A stretch of 51,400 nucleotides of DNA from a virus (IMGVR_UViG_3300013288_000004:255360-306759); one strand, 5' to 3'. Shown: positions 1 through 7,771, numbered from the stretch's first letter. The notes: generated from the letters alone by a model not told the origin. Made by a program: numbers and translations.

Positions 1-777
1 TTCTTCTTGAATTGATAAAATGAATTCATAACTCTTGGTCCTATAATGTAAATACTGGTCGAAGATAGGTGGAAACCTATTCACTGACTTAGCCTGTTTG
101 ACAACATTTTTCATCGCATCAAGCATTCTAAGATTCGATATATCACCGCATACTTCTGCTGGGATATTCATCTTCCAACAGAATGCTTGAGACACAATAT
201 GATCTAAATTATAAACACCTTCTTGCCCAACTCTACCTCGTGGTAAATTATCTGGATTAATTGTATCGATATATTTTTTATAATTTTTTTCGGAATGGTG
301 TCTTACTAATTTTTTATAGTTTTGAAACGATTTATGGTTAGCACAAATAAACTGAAATCTCTCTTTGTTCAACTCATCAAACCGCTTTCTTTTCTTATCA
401 TCATTACATGGTCTACAAAATGACCTCTCAGATAATAGATATGTTGGTTTTGTCTTCCACCATCTACCACATTCGCAGTTAGTATTTCTAGCTTCTATTT
501 CATCTAATTTGGTGTTAAATTCTGTAAATTCAAACCCCAGATCAATAAGACGATTTCGCATACTAATATTTTCGTCTTTGTATGTTTCTCTTTTCGTGCA
601 TTTTGGACAACCAATCATTCCATGTTTTTTATAATTACCCATTTTTGATTTTGGTGTTGCCTTAAATACGTCCCCACATAACAAACATTTGATGTCATGG
701 TGGTTATTTGCTATGGAGAATTCTCCAACTATCTGTAATCCTATAGTTTCTAAACAATCTGGATATGTTTGATTCAT
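1..777 (-). CDS. Zn-ribbon + HNH homing-endonuclease-like protein (3' end runs off the window)
   Basis: Not in the ORF track. ATG at 777 with AAGGA RBS, open to position 1 (259 codons): MNQTYPDCLE...CLLCG...CPKC...CECG...CRPC...YNLDHIVSQAFCWKMNIPAEVCGDISNLRMLDAMKNVVK; CxxC pairs then an LDH..N..N HNH-type motif; free-standing position downstream of the capsid gene. Confidence 0.75.
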   Translation of the reverse strand, partial: MNQTYPDCLETIGLQIVGEFSIANNHHDIKCLLCGDVFKATPKSKMGNYKKHGMIGCPKCTKRETYKDENISMRNRLIDLGFEFTEFNTKLDEIEARNTNCECGRWWKTKPTYLLSERSFCRPCNDDKKRKRFDELNKERFQFICANHKSFQNYKKLVRHHSEKNYKKYIDTINPDNLPRGRVGQEGVYNLDHIVSQAFCWKMNIPAEVCGDISNLRMLDAMKNVVKQAKSVNRFPPIFDQYLHYRTKSYEFILSIQEE

Positions 778-800
778 AATTATTCCTTTATTATGTTTAA

Positions 801-829
801 ATCATATCAGTTATTTATTGTAGTGTCAA
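801..829 (-). promoter_or_regulatory. sigma70-type promoter for the endonuclease gene
   Basis: TTGACA(829-824)-N17-TATGAT(806-801); spacer also contains ATAAATA. Confidence 0.75.
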
Positions 830-919
830 TAGATGTTGACAGCGATAGTAGACCGAAGAATTACCGGACCAATGTAGTAAGCTCCGCTATTACCTAGAAT
901 TTAGCAAGTATAGAAAAAG

Positions 920-945
920 AAAAAGCCCGGTTTTCCGGGCTTTTT
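920..945. terminator. Rho-independent terminator after major capsid gene
   Basis: AAAAAGCCCGG-TTTT-CCGGGCTTTTT. Confidence 0.85.
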
Positions 946-972
946 CAACAACTTACAACGTTTTAGTTCAGA

Positions 973-2382
973 TCACAGGAACTCTAGGTTCTGTACACTT
1001 ATGCGACCATAGTAGTCAGCGCTATTCCCAAGGGAAGTAGTACTATCAACGAACACAGCCTTCGCATAACGAGTCATTAAACCGACGACTGGGTTATGTG
1101 TAACTGGATTCATGATAACACCAGTGCTCATCACTGGAACATATGGACAGTAGAAATAACCAGCGTCCAATTCACCATTACCACCCTTCAAACCAACCAA
1201 GATCTTATCGTTTCCGTAAGGATCGGTTGTACCCGGTTCAGCCTGATTCCAAAGATAGCTATAAACCTTCACGCTACCATTCAAAGTACCAGCTAAGAAG
1301 TTATTTGTTGGAGCCTTACCGTTAAAATCAACGGCTGGAGCAAAAACAGCCTTCGCAGCAGAGTTAAGAACAGTCACGATCATTGGGCTTACAACCACAA
1401 AGTTCGCAGCAGCTTTACGAGTCTTACGTGCAATTTCATTACCAACTTCTGCAATCTTCACGCCCAAGTTAGCAAAACGATCACCAACGAATGCTGGAGC
1501 ATAAGTTGTACCAGCAGTTGCGGAGAAGTCGAAACCGCGAATTGTACCAGCTAGTGATAACAAATCGTTGATAACTTCTGCGTCAATTTCCTGAGTAATG
1601 GTTGCAGAAAGAGCTTTCACAATTTCGCTTTCAATATTCAGATTGTGCTGTGACTTAGCGTCCTGCATGGATTCGATGGTCCAACCAGCCTGTAACTTAC
1701 GAGTCTTAGCTTCAACAGCCTGAGACACGATGTCCAAAGTGACCTTACGACCACCAGAAGCTTCTAGGTGTGAACCTGAACCACCGTACAAGGAACCACC
1801 AACGGTTTCGCCATAAAGGGTAGTACCGGAAGTGTAAGTATCGGAAGCTTGTGAAGAACCCCAACCTTCACCAGTTGCAGTTGCTGCTGCAATATCGTCT
1901 GGAGCAGAAGTACCATCGGCACCAGCATATGAAATACCGGATGCACCAGCAGACTGCGCAGAACCAATTGTACCAGAATAGAACTGACGGATTGGTTTAG
2001 CATTACCAAAGATTTCATCACCAGAAGCGATATCGTATCCGCCAAACTGTGAACGTGATGCATCATGGGTTACATCTTCAGCATACTTATACTTCATGCT
2101 GAATACCTGTGAAACTGGACCGGTCATTGGCTGCACACCGACTAAGTCAGTAGCAATTGTGCCCGGAATAATACGACGAATCAACGGAAGAAGATTCTTA
2201 CGGAAATTCGCAATATCATGTGCTTGGATTGAACCAGCCGCAGCAGTTTCATTTACCAAGTATTGCTTTGAGTTTTCCAACACCTGATCGGTGATGGCTC
2301 TGCGTGACCCGGATAGACCATCAAGCAATTCTGCTTTAGTCTCAGCCCAGCCTTCAGTTAACATTTTAGATTCATCTAACAT
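973..2382 (-). CDS. gp23: Major capsid protein (T4 gp23 family)
   Basis: LVGVQPMTGP, VEAKTRKLQAGWTIE..QD, DAGYFYCPYVP, GLMTRY motifs. Confidence 0.97.
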   Translation of the reverse strand: MLDESKMLTEGWAETKAELLDGLSGSRRAITDQVLENSKQYLVNETAAAGSIQAHDIANFRKNLLPLIRRIIPGTIATDLVGVQPMTGPVSQVFSMKYKYAEDVTHDASRSQFGGYDIASGDEIFGNAKPIRQFYSGTIGSAQSAGASGISYAGADGTSAPDDIAAATATGEGWGSSQASDTYTSGTTLYGETVGGSLYGGSGSHLEASGGRKVTLDIVSQAVEAKTRKLQAGWTIESMQDAKSQHNLNIESEIVKALSATITQEIDAEVINDLLSLAGTIRGFDFSATAGTTYAPAFVGDRFANLGVKIAEVGNEIARKTRKAAANFVVVSPMIVTVLNSAAKAVFAPAVDFNGKAPTNNFLAGTLNGSVKVYSYLWNQAEPGTTDPYGNDKILVGLKGGNGELDAGYFYCPYVPVMSTGVIMNPVTHNPVVGLMTRYAKAVFVDSTTSLGNSADYYGRISVQNLEFL

Positions 2383-2417
2383 AAATTTCTCCTGTAGTTA
2401 ATGTTATGATTTGAGTT

Positions 2418-3359
2418 TTATTCAATACCAGCTAATCTTCTTAGCGAGCTACGAGCCTGATCATCTAGGACTCTCACTGGCGCTTCGACGCTTTCGCTAA
2501 CAGGACGTGCTGGCGTATCTCCTGTTTTAACAACCGTTTTTACCTCGGTCACAGGCTTTTCACTCTTATCACTTTCGGCAAGTACCTTTTCATCCTTCTC
2601 CGCAGTGTGAGTAGTAACAGCAGTAGCAGATTCAGTTAAAACTCGGCCAATATACTTCTTATAAGTTTCTTCCAACTTCTCAGTTGGTTGAGTCTTTAGA
2701 ATGGCTTCCATAACTTCTCTACTACGGCCAGCTAACGGCTCCAACACTTCTGCTAATTTCTTAGCATGGGTTAAAGTCGCAAATTCTTCTTTGAGTTTCT
2801 TCAACTCTTTATTCTTTGTATTCAGTTCTTCAGTTGCTTCGCTTAGTGCTGACTGAACTTTATTCTCGTCTACATAACGTGCTCTGAAAGTCTGTTCGAA
2901 TGCTTCGAAGATTTTCATTCCAAGATCATTCTTCTTAGCTTCTTCAATGCTTTCCTTCAATTCTTCAAACTCTGCTGTTAAAGTCATTTCCAGATATTCA
3001 TCTAGCTCTTTAACCAAAGTCTGCATATCACTCTTTACAGTTTCCTGAAGTTGTTTCTTCATCTTGACTTCTTTCTCTGCAAACTCAACTTCTAAGTCGC
3101 GGAAGTTATTAATATCTTCCTTAAGCTCTTCGATTTCCTTGGTGAAAAATTCTTCAGCCTTGGTATCCAATGCTTCGATCAACTTCTCACGATCAGCAAT
3201 GAACTGTTCGGTCAATTCGATTCTAATTTTTTCTTCAGCTTCTTCTTTAGCCTTAGTAGTAACTTCGTTGATCATGGTTTCGAATGCTGTTTTAATTTCA
3301 TTCTTGGTGTCTTCAGTCAATACTTCAGCAGCAAGCAATTTCTTTAGTAGTTCATCCAT
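2418..3359 (-). CDS. gp22: Prohead core scaffold protein (gp22-like)
   Basis: Glu/Lys-rich coiled coil immediately upstream of gp23; likely start MDELLKK at 3359 with GGGAG RBS; LGMKIFEAF motif. Confidence 0.85.
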   Translation of the reverse strand: MDELLKKLLAAEVLTEDTKNEIKTAFETMINEVTTKAKEEAEEKIRIELTEQFIADREKLIEALDTKAEEFFTKEIEELKEDINNFRDLEVEFAEKEVKMKKQLQETVKSDMQTLVKELDEYLEMTLTAEFEELKESIEEAKKNDLGMKIFEAFEQTFRARYVDENKVQSALSEATEELNTKNKELKKLKEEFATLTHAKKLAEVLEPLAGRSREVMEAILKTQPTEKLEETYKKYIGRVLTESATAVTTHTAEKDEKVLAESDKSEKPVTEVKTVVKTGDTPARPVSESVEAPVRVLDDQARSSLRRLAGIE

Positions 3360-3412
3360 TGTTTTAATTCTCCCGAATAGAAATGGTATTTTCATATTAT
3401 TTATGTGAGTTG

Positions 3413-3420
3413 TATTTATA
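3413..3420 (-). promoter_or_regulatory. T4-type late promoter TATAAATA for scaffold/capsid
   Basis: Exact TATAAATA upstream of gp22; gp55 sigma is encoded in the window. Confidence 0.7.
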
Positions 3421-3448
3421 ATCAATAAAAAATAAAATTATACTTTTG

Positions 3449-3461
3449 TAAGTGCTTGATT
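3449..3461 (-). promoter_or_regulatory. IHF consensus-like site
   Basis: AATCAAGCACTTA matches WATCAANNNNTTR in the divergent intergenic region. Confidence 0.35.
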
Positions 3462-3512
3462 TATAAGGATATTTTTTCTATAACATTATATAAAAAATTC
3501 GAAAAATAACTA

Positions 3513-3541
3513 TTGACAGCAATAAAAAATTGCTGTAAACT
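3513..3541 (+). promoter_or_regulatory. sigma70-type promoter with an overlapping inverted repeat
   Basis: TTGACA-N17-TAAACT; ACAGCAAT-N5-ATTGCTGT (3516-3536) covers the spacer. Confidence 0.6.
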
Positions 3542-3565
3542 ATTGTTTTTATTGGATATTATTTT

Positions 3566-3895
3566 ATGAAAAGTAACGAAGTTATAATGATAGATTTCGA
3601 CGGAACCATTTCACCAATGCATGGTTTTTCTGTTGCGCCGACATTTGAAGTGGTCAACTCTATCAAGAGATTATTCGAAAGATATAGAATAGGAATCTAC
3701 AGTTGTAGATTTAATAGTGAGATTTGTGACCGTATAGATGGTCAGCGAGTGATAGAATATCTAAAGAAATACGACATCCCATATGATTTTATTCAATATG
3801 GGAAGCCGTTGTTTGTTGCTTTAATTGATGACAGGGCGTACAACCCAAACCATATTGGTTGGGAAAATATAGAAAAGAGCTTAATTGTTACATAG
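3566..3895 (+). CDS. HAD-superfamily hydrolase-like protein
   Basis: IDFDGT motif I, IYSCR, GKP..LIDDRA motifs III/IV. Confidence 0.8.
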   Translation: MKSNEVIMIDFDGTISPMHGFSVAPTFEVVNSIKRLFERYRIGIYSCRFNSEICDRIDGQRVIEYLKKYDIPYDFIQYGKPLFVALIDDRAYNPNHIGWENIEKSLIVT

Positions 3896-3915
3896 CACTG
3901 GGATTGCCCAACCTG

Positions 3916-4263
3916 TTAGTCTGTGGCCAATGATCTAGCCTTTTTGATTATATCCTTATTCACCGTTTTCAAATCTTGAATGAATTGCGCTACATCCAAA
4001 TCACACTTGTCTAACAGACGCAGGACTGTTGATCTTTGATCCACAAATCCAACCAGAGAAATCTCTCTATAAATCTCCGCGTACATCAAAAACAGTACAT
4101 GGCATTTAGTTTTTCTAGAAAAACCATATAATGGTTCTCTATCTTTTAATATGTTATAAACGATGAACATATGTGGACTATTTTTAAACGCGCCCCTGAA
4201 TGCTAGGGTTTTCCAGTTTGTTATAAACTGATAATAATCTTCTTTAGTATTAAAATATTTCAT
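3916..4263 (-). CDS. Hypothetical protein coupled to Pth2-like gene
   Basis: 115 aa, ATGA overlap with upstream gene, GGAG RBS. Confidence 0.7.
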   Translation of the reverse strand: MKYFNTKEDYYQFITNWKTLAFRGAFKNSPHMFIVYNILKDREPLYGFSRKTKCHVLFLMYAEIYREISLVGFVDQRSTVLRLLDKCDLDVAQFIQDLKTVNKDIIKKARSLATD

Positions 4264-4601
4264 TTTAGTTCTCCTTTGAATAATTGAAATTTTGAAAATA
4301 GTTTTCTATCCGCACCATATATTGGTTCGGAACAAATTGATGTTAATTCATTGTTTCTGTCAGGCTCTCTGAATTCTATAATTTTTATACCACTGTCAGT
4401 CAGATGTGCAGCCTGTCGCATGAGATCATCCTCGTTCTTGACAGAGCATAAGACAATTGACGGGTGTTTCGCTGTGGGATATTTTTTAGTGCATTCGATA
4501 GCAGCATGACAAGACTGTACAGCTATCTGCGGTAAAGATAGGTCTGTTCTCGTTAAGATGTAAAGATATGGATTGTTTTTATGGAATGTATCATCGGACA
4601 T
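4260..4601 (-). CDS. Peptidyl-tRNA hydrolase 2 (Pth2)-like protein, divergent type; may begin at 4682 via UAG read-through
   Basis: YILTRTDLSLPQIAVQSCHAA...FREPDRNNELTSI motifs. Confidence 0.75.
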   Translation of the reverse strand: MSDDTFHKNNPYLYILTRTDLSLPQIAVQSCHAAIECTKKYPTAKHPSIVLCSVKNEDDLMRQAAHLTDSGIKIIEFREPDRNNELTSICSEPIYGADRKLFSKFQLFKGELK

Positions 4602-4658
4602 TGCATCCGATAGTATTGAGTATTGTTTATCAGTTGATTGATAATTGTTTTGTGAAAC

Positions 4659-4682
4659 CTACCAGCCAGTTTTTTCGTTCAT
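4659..4682 (-). CDS. 7-codon leader mini-ORF MNEKTGW-amber, in frame with Pth2-like gene
   Basis: AAGGAAATAAA-ATG AAC GAA AAA ACT GGC TGG TAG, then 19 open codons to ATG 4601. Confidence 0.55.
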   Translation of the reverse strand: MNEKTGW

Positions 4683-4692
4683 TTTATTTCCT

Positions 4693-4992
4693 TTAAGTTA
4701 GTTTAAATGATTTTTTACTATTTCTATGCCTTTCTCGTTCTACATCATACTCTTGCATAACGTATTTATCAATGTTCTTATCTATAAAAAATTCTACTAT
4801 TTCTGGATAGATCCCATGCGTGCTATGAAGTTCCTCCAACAGTTTACCGTTTAATTCGGACCGCTGTAGAAGCTTTGGTATGATAGTCTCTGCTCTATTC
4901 ATTAAATATAAAAAATTTTCCTCTTCTTTTAAAATGATATCATCAATCTGCTGATTTGATTCATTTGGTCTGTTAAAACATTTTGGAGGCAA
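4693..4992 (-). CDS. Stand-alone fragment resembling the helical domain of alanyl-tRNA synthetase
   Basis: IILKEEENF...LNGKLLEELHSTHGIYPEIV...EYDVERERHR resembles AlaRS EEEQF...LDGE.AFRLYDTYGFP.D...F...MEEQR; TTG start after AAGGTGGG. Confidence 0.55.
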   Translation of the reverse strand: MPPKCFNRPNESNQQIDDIILKEEENFLYLMNRAETIIPKLLQRSELNGKLLEELHSTHGIYPEIVEFFIDKNIDKYVMQEYDVERERHRNSKKSFKLT

Positions 4993-5003
4993 ATAATCCC
5001 ACC

Positions 5004-5267
5004 TTACACTCTCTCTACTTCTCCCGCACCATATGCACTCGCTCTCCCGCTGATCTGTAGGAAAATTATGAGTATCATTATGTAAACGATGATGACCAGC
5101 ATGGTATGCATACCATGCTTTTTTTTTACATCTTTCTTGAATTGTGTGTCTTCTTTATATCTTTTGATGATTTGGTTCATAATTTTTCTGTACAAATAAC
5201 ATATGAATGCTAGTAAATCACAAAACAGAAACGCAGTCAATATTGACTGCGTTTCGTTATTCATCAC
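5004..5267 (-). CDS. Small membrane protein
   Basis: Two hydrophobic segments. Confidence 0.6.
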   Translation of the reverse strand: MMNNETQSILTAFLFCDLLAFICYLYRKIMNQIIKRYKEDTQFKKDVKKKHGMHTMLVIIVYIMILIIFLQISGRASAYGAGEVERV

Positions 5268-5324
5268 ATATTAGTTTCTCTTCGTAAAATTCCATATAAA
5301 TAGATCAACAACATAGGAATTCGT

Positions 5325-5576
5325 ATGAAATGGTTAACTGCTTCTGAAATTTGTAAGGAACTTAAAATTTCTTCAACAACTCTACATAACTGGAAGAAAG
5401 CCGGTAGGCTTTCCATCAAAAAACTGTCAGCTTCTAAGTTTCTTTACGACTTGGATCATATCATGCAAAATGAGATAGATCAAGAAACCACGTCGAACAA
5501 CGATAATATTCAAAATTCATTGCAAGAAATCTATAGACATCTCAAAATTATTGAAAAAGAAATGCAACTGGTATAA
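5325..5576 (+). CDS. tnpA: MerR-like HTH protein, IS607 TnpA lacking the serine-recombinase domain
   Basis: WLTASEICKELKISSTTLHNWKKAGRL HTH; only 83 aa, no YARVS motif; TATAAATA at 5295-5302 upstream. Confidence 0.6.
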   Translation: MKWLTASEICKELKISSTTLHNWKKAGRLSIKKLSASKFLYDLDHIMQNEIDQETTSNNDNIQNSLQEIYRHLKIIEKEMQLV

Positions 5577-5606
5577 ATACAATTATACAAGAACATATGA
5601 GTTGAA

Positions 5607-6968
5607 ATGATTACGATAAAGCTTCCATATAAAACAACAGACGAAAACAAAGCCAAAATTCTTGAAATACAGAAAGAGCAAAATCGTCTGTTTGGAAAAG
5701 CTTACCAGTTTCAAAAGACGAATCCAACACAAAAAGAGATGACTTGCTATTTGAATCAACAGAATTCAACGTTGGACTCGTGGTTCATTCAGTCAGCTTT
5801 TTACGAAGGTAAGGCATGGTTGAAAGCTGATTTAGAGACATATGAAGACAAATTAAGTGATTGGGAAGACAGAAAAAGGATAGCTACTTCGGTTAAAACG
5901 ACCAAAAAAGCTGCAATTAAAAACAAGAAATTAAAACAAAAGCCATCATTATTTCGAGTTTTCGGCGGAAATAAGTTGAGAAAAGACTATAATCTTGGCA
6001 AAATTTCAAAAGATCAATACCAAAAAGACAAATTAGCACCTATTTCTGTCGTTGGCGAATCGTCTAAAAATGGAAATCGTAAATTTTGTTTACAAATTGA
6101 GAAGAGTATGGTCATTTTCAAGCCGCTTTGCGGCTTGAAAATTGAATTGTTTCTTCCAAATTTAAGAAACAACTATCAAAATTCATTGGTCGAATTACAA
6201 ACATTAGCTGAGACAAAACAGATTCCATATTCAGTAAAGTTGGATTCGGAAAACATTTATATTTCATACGAAAAGCCAATTTTACAAAATAAATTCTTTC
6301 AAATCAATACTTTAGCTCTTGATTTGAACCCAAATTATATTGGTTTGTCGGTGCAAAATCCATCGCAAGAAGTTATATTTACAAAGCTTTTTGATATAAG
6401 TAGGTTGACAGACACCAACAAACAAAACTATGAGCTTTCAATCATAGCAAAATACATAACCAATGTTGCAAAACATTATAATTGTAAAAATTTGGCTGTC
6501 GAAGACTTGAGCATCAAGTCAAGAGATCACGAAAAAGGCAAAAACTACAACAAAAATGTCAACAACAAATGGAATAGAAACTTGTTGTTGCAATATTTAC
6601 AGAAAAGATGCAGGCTTGTTGGTATTAAATTTTTAGAAGTAGCTGCATATTATTCAAGCATTATTGGCAACATGTTGCATCGTGGATTTGCTGATCCAGT
6701 TGCTTCAAGTTTAGAGATTGGTCGCCGTGCAACGCACGGCGCAACAAAACAGAAAGATGAGAACTTCTATCCAGATGTATCGATAGGAAATAAGTTTTGC
6801 CACCTGTTGGCTGACAAAACAGAAATATTTTCGAATTGGAAAGAAATTTCATCCTTCTTCAAAAAGAAACCGGAATTGAGATACCGGGTTCCACTTCCAT
6901 CAAGGGAGTGCTTTCAGGCTTTCATTGACAAAAAATCACTTGTTTTTACATGTGATGGTGTTGTATAA
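5607..6968 (+). CDS. tnpB: TnpB RNA-guided RuvC nuclease (IS607-associated type, no C-terminal Zn finger)
   Basis: RuvC-I ALDLNPNYIG, RuvC-II AVEDL, YYSSIIGN, RuvC-III ADPVASSLEIGRR; TATAAATA at 5572-5579 upstream. Confidence 0.85.
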   Translation: MITIKLPYKTTDENKAKILEIQKEQNRLFGKAYQFQKTNPTQKEMTCYLNQQNSTLDSWFIQSAFYEGKAWLKADLETYEDKLSDWEDRKRIATSVKTTKKAAIKNKKLKQKPSLFRVFGGNKLRKDYNLGKISKDQYQKDKLAPISVVGESSKNGNRKFCLQIEKSMVIFKPLCGLKIELFLPNLRNNYQNSLVELQTLAETKQIPYSVKLDSENIYISYEKPILQNKFFQINTLALDLNPNYIGLSVQNPSQEVIFTKLFDISRLTDTNKQNYELSIIAKYITNVAKHYNCKNLAVEDLSIKSRDHEKGKNYNKNVNNKWNRNLLLQYLQKRCRLVGIKFLEVAAYYSSIIGNMLHRGFADPVASSLEIGRRATHGATKQKDENFYPDVSIGNKFCHLLADKTEIFSNWKEISSFFKKKPELRYRVPLPSRECFQAFIDKKSLVFTCDGVV

Positions 6969-6982
6969 ATTTATATGACTTG

Positions 6983-7159
6983 TCATTCAAAAGATATCTT
7001 AAAATTGTTCTCATCTGGTGTTTTATACCATGCACCATCCATTTCATCACATAGAAAATTCTCTATGTTTTCTAATTGTTCCTCAGAGTATTTGGGGTTT
7101 CGTCTTGCTCTGAACAACTCCAGCATTAAATTAAAATATTGAAAAGAATTTTCGTTCAT
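6983..7159 (-). CDS. Small hypothetical protein (58 aa)
   Basis: Below ORF-track cutoff: MNENSFQYFNLMLELFRARRNPKYSEEQLENIENFLCDEMDGAWYKTPDENNFKISFE-TGA. Confidence 0.5.
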   Translation of the reverse strand: MNENSFQYFNLMLELFRARRNPKYSEEQLENIENFLCDEMDGAWYKTPDENNFKISFE

Positions 7160-7178
7160 TTTATTTTATCAAATTTAG

Positions 7179-7251
7179 TGGTAATGATGCGAATCGAACG
7201 CACATCTAAAGGTTTATGAAACCTTGGCTCTACCAGTTAAGCTACATTACC
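7179..7251 (-). tRNA. tRNA with CAT anticodon (Met or Ile2), CCA not encoded
   Basis: GGTAATG/CATTACC acceptor, AAGGT-TTCATAA-ACCTT anticodon arm, GTTCGATTC T-loop; followed by A-CTA. Confidence 0.9.
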
Positions 7252-7257
7252 GATTTT

Positions 7258-7349
7258 TGGAATAAGTAGGATTCGAACCTACGGAGCCGTTTTTTAGGCG
7301 GCTCAAAAGTTTAGCAAACTTTCGCAATCGACCACTCTGCCATTATTCC
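7258..7349 (-). tRNA. tRNA-Ser(GCT), long variable arm, CCA not encoded
   Basis: GGAATAA/TTATTCC acceptor, AAAGT-TTGCTAA-ACTTT, variable arm GAGCCG..CGGCTC, GTAGGTTCGAATCCTAC. Confidence 0.9.
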
Positions 7350-7720
7350 GTACTGTTATTTATACATGTGACTCTTGGGAAAGTAGGACAATTCATGTTA
7401 TTACAAACATAACCCATCGACTGTGACAAATCTATTCCACATAGATTGCAAGTCATTTTTTGATGGTAACCCCAATCTCTCAACGGTACGCTAAACGGGC
7501 TTACATATGGTTGTACCTGCTTTTTCCTACCTTCTAACTGATCGCGCATATCCACTAATTCATTAATATCAATCTGTTGAAGCTGAACGTTGCGTTTTGC
7601 GTCAGTCAATTCCAACTCCAACTGTTCTACTATTTTTTGTAGTTTTAGTAGATTCATTGATTTGTTGTAAATCTCTTCGGACAATTCTAATATTCTTTTA
7701 ATATTATCTTCTGATGACAT
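7343..7720 (-). CDS. Coiled-coil protein with C-terminal Cys4 Zn finger
   Basis: Heptad N-half; CNLCG...GYVCNNMNCP. Confidence 0.7.
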   Translation of the reverse strand: MSSEDNIKRILELSEEIYNKSMNLLKLQKIVEQLELELTDAKRNVQLQQIDINELVDMRDQLEGRKKQVQPYVSPFSVPLRDWGYHQKMTCNLCGIDLSQSMGYVCNNMNCPTFPRVTCINNSTE

Positions 7721-7742
7721 TTCTAATATTCCATTTTCCTTA

Positions 7743-7771
7743 ATAGTACTCTACATTTTTTATGCTGTCAA
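7743..7771 (-). promoter_or_regulatory. sigma70-type promoter for 7720 gene and tRNAs
   Basis: TTGACA-N17-TACTAT. Confidence 0.7.

Larger units (their letters stand above)
5267..6982 (+). mobile_element. Non-autonomous IS607-like element (HTH-only TnpA remnant + TnpB); ends approximate
   Basis: Two plus-strand genes inserted into a minus-strand gene run; MerR-like HTH followed by TnpB. Confidence 0.65.

Noticed and set aside
365-634. 89-aa plus-strand ORF
   Set aside because: Antisense to the HNH gene
841-905. Small self-cleaving ribozyme between terminator and promoter
   Set aside because: No hammerhead or twister core; better explained as two capsid-site mimics
3893-3919. Read-through of HAD gene TAG giving HWDCPTC
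   Set aside because: Only 7 codons in a short convergent gap; compatible with chance
5607-7350. TnpB as a Cas12 with CRISPR array
   Set aside because: No repeat-spacer array nearby; flanks are a small ORF and tRNAs
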